Source: a virus. Taken from it: DNA of 64,000 nt. The stretch's first letter is position 1. Each line of letters opens with the position of its first letter. A program made the translations under genes and the position numbers. The stretch covers positions 5,907-69,906 of the IMG/VR virus record IMGVR_UViG_3300044643_001926. One strand, given 5' to 3'. Shown here in pieces: positions 30,034 through 38,664 of the stretch. Under the pieces are notes generated by a model. It saw only the letters and a list, made by a program, of their open reading frames with translations, searched no databases and had not been told where the DNA came from.

Positions 30034-30651
30034 CTACTTGTTGATGACTTCGCAGATCGAAGGCGACTCAAAGCCCTCGGCCTTGTCGTCGGCCACGTTG
30101 AGCGTGCCATCGCTGGTGAATCCGAGGATCTCGGCTTCCCAGAGGGTGCCTTCATCCTCGTGAACCAGCACGCGGTCGCCGACGTGGAAGTTTGTCTTAC
30201 GGCCGCTCCAGTCGGTCGCCGTGATGTATTCCGGATCGAGCGGATCCAAGATCAGCTTCTCTTCGAGGCACCTCCGGATCGCGGAAATTACTTTGAACTC
30301 GTTGTGATGCCAGAGTCCAGTGGGCTTACCGGCATCGGCAAGCTCGATGATTTCCTTGGCGCGGTCGACGTTGAAATACAACGGGTGACCGTCATGCTGA
30401 AGGATCTCGCAGAGACCTTCCAAGCGCGAGCCGACCTTGGTGTATTCACGGTCGCCGATCGAGTAATACCAACCCGGACCTTCCGGCCACGGGCTATCGG
30501 GATCAGCTTCCTCCTCGGGCGCTACCTCGAAGAGCGAGTTCTTGCCGCCAGCAGTGGCGATGTCTTGGAGTTCATCCTCGGTGCCGATGTATAACTCGAC
30601 GCCGGTTTGATGATGGTTTACTCCGATCAGGTGCAGTGGTTCTTGGTTCAT
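30034..30651 (-). CDS. hypothetical acidic protein
   Basis: 205-aa ORF. Confidence 0.6.
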   Translation of the reverse strand: MNQEPLHLIGVNHHQTGVELYIGTEDELQDIATAGGKNSLFEVAPEEEADPDSPWPEGPGWYYSIGDREYTKVGSRLEGLCEILQHDGHPLYFNVDRAKEIIELADAGKPTGLWHHNEFKVISAIRRCLEEKLILDPLDPEYITATDWSGRKTNFHVGDRVLVHEDEGTLWEAEILGFTSDGTLNVADDKAEGFESPSICEVINK

Positions 30652-30729
30652 TGGTTTTGAGTTCTTTCTACTTGGTTCATGGTTCAGGGTTCAACGCTTC
30701 AATGCGTCATAAGGGGCCAGCACGCCTTA

Positions 30730-30984
30730 TCATTCAAGTTCGACAACCTCGCAGGTCGCGACGACATGGACGATCCGGCGGGCCGGTTCGGAGCCGGTGT
30801 CGAGGAACCTGTTGCAAGCGCCCCAGTGCTTCCTGACCTCGGCCAACACTTCTCGGGCCTGGTCCAGCGTCTTCGCCCCGCGGTGGCTGATAAACCACCG
30901 ATCTTGGGTAGTGTCGTGGAGCCCCCGGTGTTGGACTTCGTAGTAGTTGCGGGTGAATGTGGATTTGGGTTTGGGTGTGTTCAT
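30730..30984 (-). CDS. hypothetical cassette protein
   Basis: ATG 5 nt after the repeat at 30990. Confidence 0.6.
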   Translation of the reverse strand: MNTPKPKSTFTRNYYEVQHRGLHDTTQDRWFISHRGAKTLDQAREVLAEVRKHWGACNRFLDTGSEPARRIVHVVATCEVVELE

Positions 30985-31009
30985 CGTAGTTAAGAGGCCA
31001 GCACTCGGC

Positions 31010-31300
31010 TTATCGGTTGATGGGTGTCTCCCGGCGGACGATCTTCGCGCCGGCCTCGCGCCAAACTTCGAGCGCGTAGTTGAGCGGGGCGCAGTATCGG
31101 TTGCCGCCGGGACCGTTGTAGCTCCCGTCACGTTGCCGGGTGATGCGTGTCTCGGTGCCGTCCGGGAACACAGCGACCAAGTGTCGCCGCGCCCGGGGTG
31201 GTCGCCGACCGAAGAGCCCAAGATCAATGAAGATCCGGGTGAGTTCACGATTGTCCGCCGAGATCCCGGCGGGTTTCGAGTTGGGTTTTGTGGTGTTCAT
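31010..31300 (-). CDS. hypothetical cassette protein
   Basis: ATG 8 nt after the repeat at 31309. Confidence 0.6.
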   Translation of the reverse strand: MNTTKPNSKPAGISADNRELTRIFIDLGLFGRRPPRARRHLVAVFPDGTETRITRQRDGSYNGPGGNRYCAPLNYALEVWREAGAKIVRRETPINR

Positions 31301-31353
31301 ATCCACTATTAAGAGGCCAGCACTCATTTAACAGAGTAGATGATTGGGTTGTC

Positions 31354-32031
31354 TCAATTTGAGAGGACATCCTCTTCGGCGGCTTCGTAGCTCTCGAAGG
31401 GTCCATTGGCCTCACCGTCCGGGAGGCACCCGGGTTGGCAGGACCACCAGTAAAAGCCTTCGAGTTCTTCCGCGGCCTCTTTGGTAGTGGGTTCCACTTC
31501 GGCCTGATCGTAGTCCCCGGTGAGCTTGTCTTTGACTGACTCCGCGAGCAGATCGGCTTGCCAAGTCCCAGCTTCGGCCGCGAGAAACTCTTGGGCCTTA
31601 ACCTCGAAGATCTCGATTCCGGCGAGCTTCTTGTCCCGGTGTTTCTCCTGCCACTCCTCGAAAACCTCCTCGGCATGGTCGTTATACCATTCGTGGACTT
31701 GCTCTTGGATGTAGCTGTAGATCGCGGCGGGTTTCCACCCGAGTGGCCAGTCCTTATCGTCTTTGCTGTCGAAGCCGGCATTGTCGAACGCCTCCTCTAC
31801 TTCTGATCCGTGGAGGTAGAAGATGTCCCGGATCTCGTTGTTGTAGATCGGCACCGAGCCGTCGACGATCTCGTGAATCGTCCCCGAGTAGTCGAGGTCG
31901 TTGCCGAGATCGGGCAGCTTGTCCGGTTCGTTGTCGTCGCAGTAGCGAAGGAGTTCGTCTTTCACGTCCTCGATCGCGCTGTCGACGCGCTCTTGCAGGG
32001 TGTCTTCGATTTCGATGGTTCTCTTGCTCAT
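31354..32031 (-). CDS. Ocr-like acidic DNA-mimic (anti-restriction) protein with extra C-terminal domain
   Basis: Very acidic; 'IHEIVDGSVPIYNNEI' resembles T7 Ocr 'IHMAADNAVPHYYADI'; 'AAIY....HAEEVFEEW' resembles 'ARIY....DAEDLLNEY'. Confidence 0.65.
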   Translation of the reverse strand: MSKRTIEIEDTLQERVDSAIEDVKDELLRYCDDNEPDKLPDLGNDLDYSGTIHEIVDGSVPIYNNEIRDIFYLHGSEVEEAFDNAGFDSKDDKDWPLGWKPAAIYSYIQEQVHEWYNDHAEEVFEEWQEKHRDKKLAGIEIFEVKAQEFLAAEAGTWQADLLAESVKDKLTGDYDQAEVEPTTKEAAEELEGFYWWSCQPGCLPDGEANGPFESYEAAEEDVLSN

Positions 32032-32057
32032 GGTTTCCTTTCTGGTTTATGGGGTTA

Positions 32058-32369
32058 TTACAGCAGTTGAAGTTGATACCCGTCGCAGGGGACGGTCTTG
32101 CACTTTGCCCGGTGCACGGCATGACGCGCTGAGTGAAACTCGCGGCCATCGTGATCGGCGAACAGCGCGACCAAAGACGACAGCGCGTCTTGTAGGTGGG
32201 GAGCCGCCGCATAGAGATCGGCATGAGTGTGCAAACGCAAGCCGGCATCACGCAACTTGCGGTAGCGGCGGTCATCCTCCCCGAGGAGGATCATATACTG
32301 GTCGGCATACGCGGAGGCCGCGAATCCGACTTGAGCGACAAGCTGCGGGGTCAATGGTTCATGGTTCAT
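32058..32369 (-). CDS. hypothetical protein (AAAP.L..AL family)
   Basis: 'LYAAAPHLQDALSSLV'. Confidence 0.55.
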   Translation of the reverse strand: MNHEPLTPQLVAQVGFAASAYADQYMILLGEDDRRYRKLRDAGLRLHTHADLYAAAPHLQDALSSLVALFADHDGREFHSARHAVHRAKCKTVPCDGYQLQLL

Positions 32370-32402
32370 GGGTTTTGGTTTCCTTTCTGTTTGGGTTCAC
32401 AA

Positions 32403-32684
32403 TTAAGAGGCCAGCACTTTCAATTCTTCTTGCTCCCGGCTATTGTCGTAATCCGATTGCTTGGCCATGATCGTCTGCCAGCGGATGCTTTTTGAGTGAT
32501 ATATGTGGCGTTCTTCGGCATAACGAAGTTCGTTGATATATTTCCATTTGTCGGGGAAGGCGTCCCGGACTCCACGCTCGATCATCTCGCGTAGCTCTTC
32601 GGTGCCATACCGGCAGTTCACGGTGAGTGAAACGTCCAGCTTCACTCGGACTTCCTGATTCATATTCTCTTCGTATGGTGTCAT
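32403..32684 (-). CDS. hypothetical cassette protein ending VLAS
   Basis: Lies between two repeats; stop codon supplied by the repeat. Confidence 0.6.
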   Translation of the reverse strand: MTPYEENMNQEVRVKLDVSLTVNCRYGTEELREMIERGVRDAFPDKWKYINELRYAEERHIYHSKSIRWQTIMAKQSDYDNSREQEELKVLAS

Positions 32685-32705
32685 GGGTTTTGTTTCCTTT
32701 CGTAA

Positions 32706-32891
32706 TTAAGAGGCCAGCACTTGATGATAGTCGCCTTCCGGAATCCCGGCCCACTCAGCGAGCAGGGGATCACCGAAAAATAGTTCAGGGTTTGATTGCG
32801 CGAGGTCTTGAAGCTCGATGATCTCAGCATAGGAAATGTATTCCTCTTCAATCGCCTCACGTAGTTCTTGGAGTCGTGTCGCAGGGTTCAT
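32706..32891 (-). CDS. hypothetical cassette protein ending VLAS
   Basis: 'RL.ELR..IE.E.ISY.EI.ELQ.L..L.EWAGIPE'; stop codon in the repeat. Confidence 0.65.
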   Translation of the reverse strand: MNPATRLQELREAIEEEYISYAEIIELQDLAQSNPELFFGDPLLAEWAGIPEGDYHQVLAS

Positions 32892-32893
32892 GG

Positions 32894-33286
32894 TTACTCT
32901 ACCCTCCCTTCGGCTTTGGCGATCGCGGCAATGGCCTCCTTCACATAAGGGCGAGAGTAAGGATTGCGTGTCTCGTAATGCTCTCCAGTTTCGAAGGATC
33001 GCAGCATCGCTTTGAGAGCGACCAACAGATCGGGAGCATAATCCGTATTTATCGGCCGGGGCTCGACCGGATTCTCCTCGAACGAGAGATCGAGTTCCGG
33101 GTATCCGAGTTCTTCGGAGGACGGCGGGAGTTTCTTCACGCAAGCCAGCAGCGCATCGTATCTGTTCTTGAGTATGTCGGCCGGCGGGATCTCTCCGCGC
33201 TGAACGTCATCCAAGCCCCAGTCGAGTGCATGGTGCAACATATCGATCGCCTTCTGTAGTGGAGTGTATTCAGGTTTAGGGTTCAT
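32894..33286 (-). CDS. hypothetical protein (APDLL.AL family)
   Basis: 'APDLLVALKAML..AIAAIAKAEG'. Confidence 0.6.
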   Translation of the reverse strand: MNPKPEYTPLQKAIDMLHHALDWGLDDVQRGEIPPADILKNRYDALLACVKKLPPSSEELGYPELDLSFEENPVEPRPINTDYAPDLLVALKAMLRSFETGEHYETRNPYSRPYVKEAIAAIAKAEGRVE

Positions 33287-33289
33287 GGT

Positions 33290-33469
33290 TTAGGATTTTG
33301 ATAGGTCAAAGTAGATGTGGCGCAGGATGCTTTGGGCACCCCAATAAGCTAAATCCCTCTTGGTAATCACCGTGTGCTCCGCCCACTTGGGCCGAGGATC
33401 CTTGCGGGTCTTCCAAAGCACCGAAGCTATAATGCCTCTGATTTGCGCGTTGCTTAGTTCAGGGTTCAT
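33290..33469 (-). CDS. hypothetical protein (59 aa)
   Basis: MNPELSNAQIRG..; read manually, fills the gap. Confidence 0.5.
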   Translation of the reverse strand: MNPELSNAQIRGIIASVLWKTRKDPRPKWAEHTVITKRDLAYWGAQSILRHIYFDLSKS

Positions 33470-33478
33470 GGTTCAGAG

Positions 33479-33682
33479 TTAGTCCGTTATGTGGAGGTCA
33501 CGCAGATAATTCTCGCCCTCGATCTGCACGCTGTTGTGGCCGTCATCATTCCACCACATGACAATGGTGTGATCGCCGCGGGTCCATCGACGTTGGCCGT
33601 CAAAGTAGAAGGTCTTGCGGAGGTCTTCATATTCGGCTTGCGTGATCTCAACGATCCCGACTTCTTTGGTTCCAAGTTTCAT
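33479..33682 (-). CDS. hypothetical protein
   Basis: 67-aa ORF, TGAACC-ATG junction. Confidence 0.55.
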   Translation of the reverse strand: MKLGTKEVGIVEITQAEYEDLRKTFYFDGQRRWTRGDHTIVMWWNDDGHNSVQIEGENYLRDLHITD

Positions 33683-33685
33683 GGT

Positions 33686-33859
33686 TCAGGCCCAGGGCTC
33701 AGTGACTCCGAGATTAGCGAGAGCCTCCCGGGCCTCGGTGATGATGCCGTCGAGCCACTCGGCCGCGATCGGACCAAGTTGCTCACTGCTATGACGCGCT
33801 TGCTCGGCGCGGTGAAGGATGACGCGCAAGGCGTCGATGGTGGTTTGTTCTTTGTTCAT
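33686..33859 (-). CDS. hypothetical protein
   Basis: MNKEQTTIDALR.. Confidence 0.55.
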   Translation of the reverse strand: MNKEQTTIDALRVILHRAEQARHSSEQLGPIAAEWLDGIITEAREALANLGVTEPWA

Positions 33860-33876
33860 GGTTTCTTTCGTTTGGG

Positions 33877-34416
33877 TTAGAGAAGTTCTCCCTTCTCGTT
33901 GAATTCGTAGCCGTTGATCTCGCAGTGCTCGGCGAAGTTCTCGTCTTCGTATTGACCCTCGGCTTCGCTTTGCGCGTCTTCGAGCCATGACCGGAACCCG
34001 GCTTCGAGGAGTGTTTTGAGGTCAGTCTCCCCGGCGAAGAAGGCTATGCGGAAGCCATCGAGCGCGGACTCGTCGGCGCAGAAGCCGGTCAGCTTGCACT
34101 CGCCGGTCCCGCGCAAAGTCTCAGGATCATAGGCCCCGAGTTTCTCCAGCCGGGCGGCGATCTCTTCGCGGGTTAACTCGGGAAGTTCTTCAGCTTGTTT
34201 ACCGATAAAGTTGGCCCAGCTATGCGAGCCCCCGAAGAAGTCGATCGAGTAGTCATGCAGCTTGGCCTCGAACGCATTGGCGAAGACTTGCAGGACGGCC
34301 AAGTATTCATCATCGGACGAAAACCCGACATCGGCTTTGTAATCATACTTCGCCTTCTCTTTGGCGGAGGGACTGAGTTCGTTGAATTGGTAGGCTGTCG
34401 CTAAGTATTGTCTCAT
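33877..34416 (-). CDS. conserved acidic phage early protein
   Basis: 'YQFNELS..AKEKA' N-terminus and 'E.CEINGYEFNEKG' C-terminus, a common phage family. Confidence 0.7.
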   Translation of the reverse strand: MRQYLATAYQFNELSPSAKEKAKYDYKADVGFSSDDEYLAVLQVFANAFEAKLHDYSIDFFGGSHSWANFIGKQAEELPELTREEIAARLEKLGAYDPETLRGTGECKLTGFCADESALDGFRIAFFAGETDLKTLLEAGFRSWLEDAQSEAEGQYEDENFAEHCEINGYEFNEKGELL

Positions 34417-34459
34417 GGGTTCCTTTCGGGTTAGGTGTTCGTAATTAAGAGGCCAGCAC

Positions 34460-34549
34460 TCAGGTCGGGATGATCCAGTCGACGATTTGCATGAAGACAA
34501 GGAGCAGGGAGAGGCCGGCGATGAGGTGATCGAGGGTTGGGTGTTTCAT
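34460..34549 (-). CDS. small membrane peptide (29 aa)
   Basis: MKHPTLDHLIAGLSLLLVFMQIVDWIIPT; ATGA-coupled, stop abuts the repeat. Confidence 0.45.
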   Translation of the reverse strand: MKHPTLDHLIAGLSLLLVFMQIVDWIIPT

Positions 34550-34875
34550 TCGGCACCTCCTTCGATGCGGTCGATGAGCGCAATCGCACTCTCGTAAGAA
34601 TTCACGTTGTCCTCGGCCGAATAGTCCCGGTCGCCACCATAAGCGGCAATCAGACCGCGCAATGCGTTGAGAAGGTCGGGCGCGGCGGCAATGAGTCGGG
34701 CGTTGGCCTCATCTTGCGCGGCCATCGACCAGTTCCGGGACGTTACCGCTTTGCGTTTATCCGTGTTGGGCGTGTATTGGTTCGCGTTAACACGAGCTAC
34801 AAAATAATCACCTTCGGCAAAAATCTCGTTTCCGTCGATTTCCCAAGGGCCGGGAGTGTGTTGGTTGTTGCTCAT
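34546..34875 (-). CDS. HTPGPW..ANARLIAAAPDLL family protein, paralogue 3
   Basis: Motifs visible; coupled to neighbours. Confidence 0.75.
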   Translation of the reverse strand: MSNNQHTPGPWEIDGNEIFAEGDYFVARVNANQYTPNTDKRKAVTSRNWSMAAQDEANARLIAAAPDLLNALRGLIAAYGGDRDYSAEDNVNSYESAIALIDRIEGGAE

Positions 34876-35207
34876 TCGGCACCTCCTTCGATGCGGTCGA
34901 TAAGTTTGCTCGCATCCTCGATGTCGAGTTCGAGGTCCATCCGGGCATCCGGGATAAGCCCGTCGATAGCCTTGGTCCCAGCCGATAGTTGCTGCGCACG
35001 TTTAAGGAGGAACCGGCAGGTCTTTAGAAGGTCAGGCGCGGCGGCGATGAGTCGGGCGTTGGCATTTATCATTCCGATATTATCGTCGTCGGGAGGGGCG
35101 CAACGCGGGTCGCAGATGTCGTGAAATTCTCCATCTGCCCACGGGCCTCCAACGATAAATCCATCTACTTCTTTCCAAGGGCCGGGAGTGTGTTGGTTGT
35201 TGCTCAT
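34872..35207 (-). CDS. HTPGPW..ANARLIAAAPDLL family protein, paralogue 2
   Basis: Motifs visible; coupled to neighbours. Confidence 0.75.
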   Translation of the reverse strand: MSNNQHTPGPWKEVDGFIVGGPWADGEFHDICDPRCAPPDDDNIGMINANARLIAAAPDLLKTCRFLLKRAQQLSAGTKAIDGLIPDARMDLELDIEDASKLIDRIEGGAE

Positions 35208-35509
35208 TCGGCACCTCCCACTTTGGCGATCGCTTCCCGGGCAATCTCGACCGCCCGGTCGGGATCAGTGTTCCCGGCCGCGATGGTTTCGAGCGCGGCC
35301 AAGAGGTCGGGCGCGGCCGAGATCAGTCGACCGTTGGCCTCGCCGCCATCGTCCTCGGCGAGGTAATGGAAGCTACCCTTGGGATAAGCCGGGTTCGGGA
35401 TGTTGTGGGCGCTAACCGTGACGACGATAATGCGTCCGCTACGGTCGGTGATTTGCCCGAGATTGTTGAAGATCCAAGGGCCGGGAGTGTGTTTGGTGTA
35501 TTTGTTCAT
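35204..35509 (-). CDS. HTPGPW..ANGRLISAAPDLL family protein, paralogue 1
   Basis: Motifs visible; ATG 4 nt after the repeat at 35514. Confidence 0.75.
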   Translation of the reverse strand: MNKYTKHTPGPWIFNNLGQITDRSGRIIVVTVSAHNIPNPAYPKGSFHYLAEDDGGEANGRLISAAPDLLAALETIAAGNTDPDRAVEIAREAIAKVGGAE

Positions 35510-35544
35510 CGAATTAAGAGGCCAGCAGTGTGGTGTTATTACGG

Positions 35545-36054
35545 TTAGTGAAGAAGTTCCCCGGCATACCCGGAGAAGTATTTGCCCCGGGCGCAACCAA
35601 GGAGGTCGGCATAGTTGTGGAAATCGAATTGCCCATCATGCTTGCGGATATACTCCACCCGGTCGCGGTCGCTGTAGCAGTCGCGCCAAACTTGTTGGGC
35701 GGTCTCATCTTCGAGTTCCGAGAAGTCGTCTTCATCGACGACCGGGTAGTCTTCGAGCTTGTCGGCGATCACCTTCGCCTTCTCATGCTCCGGGGACCCG
35801 GCGCGGACCGACAACGATTCCCACCATCCGCAGGCCCAGTGGCCAAACCGGTCGATGGATACGTTGTCACTCTCGCCGCCGAGTTCCCGGAGTGCCGCAC
35901 GAAAGTTGCTCTCGGTCAGGCAATCCGAGTCCCGGGACTGGGTGAGCAGACAAAGCCAATCGGGTTCCGGGATTGCCCCAGCATAGTTATCCAAGGAGTC
36001 CCAGCCGCTCGGGTTGGAGACGATTTCTTTCAGAGGAGTAAGGTAGTTGGTCAT
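35545..36054 (-). CDS. conserved acidic phage protein
   Basis: 'RDSD.L..SNF..R.GHWACGW.E..LEDYPVVDEDDFSELE' family. Confidence 0.7.
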   Translation of the reverse strand: MTNYLTPLKEIVSNPSGWDSLDNYAGAIPEPDWLCLLTQSRDSDCLTESNFRAALRELGGESDNVSIDRFGHWACGWWESLSVRAGSPEHEKAKVIADKLEDYPVVDEDDFSELEDETAQQVWRDCYSDRDRVEYIRKHDGQFDFHNYADLLGCARGKYFSGYAGELLH

Positions 36055-36098
36055 GGGTTTTGTGGTGTTATGCGGTTACGGTGTTAAGACTGTCAAGA

Positions 36099-36482
36099 CT
36101 AAGAGGCCAGCAGTCCCCGAAAAGCGTCGAGGTATTCCCGGTAGGAGACAAACCCACACCGGGCATACCAAAGATCGATCGCTTTTTCGTCGTGGAAGTG
36201 TCCCTGGCCGGGGTCGCTGTTACTGCGACCCAGATCCTCGAAGGTCTCACCATTGTAGAATTCCTTGAGCACCAACTTGGTTTGCCCGGAGAGAATTGAG
36301 TTGTCGTCGAGTTCGATCTCGGCACCGGCCCGGGTGATGACGTTGCCGTAGCCATCATAAGATCCCGAGAATTTGTTGCCTTCGTCGTCGAGGACAACGA
36401 CCCGGGAATATTTCTCAGGCCAACTCGTTGAAGCGAGGACCGGAAGGTTGGTTTTTGCGCAGGTATAGCTGAAGAATCCCAT
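36099..36482 (-). CDS. hypothetical cassette protein ending LLAS
   Basis: 'MGFFS..C..G.YDGYG..DP.QG.F' family; stop codon in the repeat. Confidence 0.7.
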   Translation of the reverse strand: MGFFSYTCAKTNLPVLASTSWPEKYSRVVVLDDEGNKFSGSYDGYGNVITRAGAEIELDDNSILSGQTKLVLKEFYNGETFEDLGRSNSDPGQGHFHDEKAIDLWYARCGFVSYREYLDAFRGLLAS

Positions 36483-36544
36483 AGTATTATTAGTTGGTTG
36501 GTTTGTTGTTCGTGATTAAGAGGCCAGCAGTGTAGGGAGGGAGG

Positions 36545-36742
36545 TTATAGCGAGTCGCGGAGAGACTTGCCGCGCCAGTGGATGCGATCCTCAACACCCC
36601 ACATTCCGAGGCCAACGCGGACAGGGGTGTAGATATACCAGTAGGTGTGTGAGTCGCAGATTCGCGCATTGCGCCCGTATTTGGCTTCGATTTGTTTTAC
36701 GTAGCGGCGCGCTTCGTTGTGGCGTTGCAGTTGGATGTTCAT
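36545..36742 (-). CDS. hypothetical cassette protein
   Basis: Single ORF between two repeats. Confidence 0.55.
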   Translation of the reverse strand: MNIQLQRHNEARRYVKQIEAKYGRNARICDSHTYWYIYTPVRVGLGMWGVEDRIHWRGKSLRDSL

Positions 36743-36753
36743 GGTCTTCAATA

Positions 36754-36987
36754 TTAAGAGGCCAGCACTTCGCTTTTCGCGGCGAGGTCCTTCGCCGCCT
36801 TCCATCCGAGGTTGTAGTCAGCGCGGCCCCGCTCAAGCAGTGGACGCTGCGGAGCATCGTAATAGGCGAGGATATCTTTGCCTTCGAGGTAGTCATTCCA
36901 CCCGCGTTCCCGCTGTTTCAGGGATCCCCGAAGGAATTTGGTCAAGCCGCGCTGTTGGAGCTTTTCAGTGTAAGGGTTTGTTTTCAT
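36754..36987 (-). CDS. hypothetical cassette protein ending VLAS
   Basis: Single ORF between two repeats. Confidence 0.6.
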   Translation of the reverse strand: MKTNPYTEKLQQRGLTKFLRGSLKQRERGWNDYLEGKDILAYYDAPQRPLLERGRADYNLGWKAAKDLAAKSEVLAS

Positions 36988-36994
36988 TACAAGA

Positions 36995-37213
36995 CTAAGA
37001 GGCCAGCACTTCCCCGGTCTCTGCATGATAGTGCTCCAAAGCCCAGTCGAGATGGAACCGGACCTGCTCCTCGCCGAACAAATGCAAGGCATCCGTGAGC
37101 AGATCGATGAACGCTTCCCGGGCATCCTCGCCGGGTGAATAGTCGATGATCGCTCTGGCCACCTTTCGGGTGCGTTTGATTCTCTGGTCCTTGGTCAATG
37201 TGTCAAAGTTCAT
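36995..37213 (-). CDS. hypothetical cassette protein ending VLAS
   Basis: 'IDLLTDALHL..A..HY.AE' family; stop codon in the repeat. Confidence 0.65.
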   Translation of the reverse strand: MNFDTLTKDQRIKRTRKVARAIIDYSPGEDAREAFIDLLTDALHLFGEEQVRFHLDWALEHYHAETGEVLAS

Positions 37214-37237
37214 GGTGCGTGATTCAGGGTTCAGGGT

Positions 37238-37474
37238 TCAGCCGATAAAGTCTTCGAGCACTCCGAAAACACCGTCCTCGATTAGCGATTCAACGTAGTT
37301 GTAAACCTCGTTCGCCTCTTCGAGATCCTCATCATGGGCCGGGATAAGATCCCGGAGGTGATCGGTGATGGTTTTCTGGTAGTCGACGCCTGCGAGGATA
37401 TCCGCCCCGACTTCCCCGATCACTCGGCCGGGGATGCGTGTTCCGTAGTTAGTGGTGTATGGTTCGTGTTTCAT
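37238..37474 (-). CDS. hypothetical acidic protein
   Basis: MKHEPYTT.., follows the repeat at 37486. Confidence 0.55.
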   Translation of the reverse strand: MKHEPYTTNYGTRIPGRVIGEVGADILAGVDYQKTITDHLRDLIPAHDEDLEEANEVYNYVESLIEDGVFGVLEDFIG

Positions 37475-37500
37475 GGTGTTCAAATATAAGAGGCCAGCAC

Positions 37501-37728
37501 TCAGCGCGGCCAGCGGTCCACCGCCGCCTGGAATCGTTCGTTGCTCACCCGGGCACCATTGGGGTGCACCGCTTGAATCGTGCGTCCCCGGGCAGTGACC
37601 CGGACGAACCGACTCGGTCGGTCTCCGGGATAGCACCGGACCCATTGCCCGGTCTGCAATCGGAGTTGCCCATTGTAGAGCGCCACAAGGACACTGTTCG
37701 AAAGTAGAAGTGTAGGTAGGTATTTCAT
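37501..37728 (-). CDS. hypothetical protein
   Basis: 'LRLQTGQWVRC....PSRFV'; stop abuts the repeat. Confidence 0.6.
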   Translation of the reverse strand: MKYLPTLLLSNSVLVALYNGQLRLQTGQWVRCYPGDRPSRFVRVTARGRTIQAVHPNGARVSNERFQAAVDRWPR

Positions 37729-37738
37729 GGTTCAGGGT

Positions 37739-37927
37739 TCAAACTTGGGTCCAGTCGGTTGCTCTCGCGCCGGTATCCCGGCGGAAACTAAAGTCGATTC
37801 CGCATCCCCGGCACCGGAGGTGAATCCGGTTGCCAAGTTGCCCGAGGATCTGAGCGTCCGCGCTGTCGCACGCCGGGCAATAAGCCGGGTCAGTGTCTTG
37901 TTCGTATTGGAGTGTTTCGATGTTCAT
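37739..37927 (-). CDS. Zn-ribbon protein
   Basis: CPAC..LG.LG...H.RCRGCG. Confidence 0.65.
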   Translation of the reverse strand: MNIETLQYEQDTDPAYCPACDSADAQILGQLGNRIHLRCRGCGIDFSFRRDTGARATDWTQV

Positions 37928-38255
37928 GTTCACAATTAAGAGGCCAGCACTTGTCGGCGAGGCTGTCCTCGGCCGCATCGGCGAAGGCAGGGTGAGACAC
38001 GTCAGGCCACAAGCAACGCGGCCGAACCTCCCACACTTCCCAAACAATCTCGCCGCCCGGGGCTTCGTCGACCCCAACATGGAGGCGGGTTTTCTTGAGA
38101 ATCGCCGGGCGGGTGCCGCGCCCCGGACCGAATCCGGTCCAGAGAGTGTGCGTTGCTCCGCGTTCGGCACTCCAATCGCACGGTGCACCTTCGTAAACTT
38201 CGTGATCCTTCTTGAATTCCGCTTCGCGGACGATATGGCAGATGGTGTTTTTCAT
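37890..38255 (-). CDS. hypothetical cassette protein (reads through a repeat)
   Basis: ATG 8 nt after the repeat at 38264. Confidence 0.55.
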   Translation of the reverse strand: MKNTICHIVREAEFKKDHEVYEGAPCDWSAERGATHTLWTGFGPGRGTRPAILKKTRLHVGVDEAPGGEIVWEVWEVRPRCLWPDVSHPAFADAAEDSLADKCWPLNCEHEHRNTPIRTRH

Positions 38256-38263
38256 GTTCACAA

Positions 38264-38446
38264 TTAAGAGGCCAGCAGTGCGTCCATCCGCGCTTTCAAA
38301 AGGTCCGCCGCGAATTTCACGTCATGGTAGGCGTCGACGCAGTCGACCGTGATGCCTTTGCGGAGAATGTCTTTCAGGAGAGTGTGAGCGCCATTGGAGG
38401 CGAGCACCTCCTGGATCTCCCGATCGATTTCAGTGAGTGATTTCAT
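38264..38446 (-). CDS. hypothetical cassette protein ending LLAS
   Basis: Single ORF between two repeats; 'D.VDA..D....A.LL'. Confidence 0.6.
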   Translation of the reverse strand: MKSLTEIDREIQEVLASNGAHTLLKDILRKGITVDCVDAYHDVKFAADLLKARMDALLAS

Positions 38447-38479
38447 GGTTCGTCTTTAGGAGGCCAGCACTTATGGTGT

Positions 38480-38647
38480 TTAGGATTGCGCTTCGGCGAT
38501 CGTCCGGTCTTCGACCGTCGAAAAGAATTCATCCTTGTCGTCACTGTTAAGAAATATCTCTTCAGCTTCCTCCTCGGACCGGGCTTCGACTTCATAGTGC
38601 ACGGTCTCTGAGACTACGAAGGTGCGGAGTTTTGTTTCGGTTTTCAT
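38480..38647 (-). CDS. small acidic protein
   Basis: 'YEVEARSEEEAEE'. Confidence 0.6.
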   Translation of the reverse strand: MKTETKLRTFVVSETVHYEVEARSEEEAEEIFLNSDDKDEFFSTVEDRTIAEAQS

Positions 38648-38664
38648 GGTTCGTGATTCAGGGT

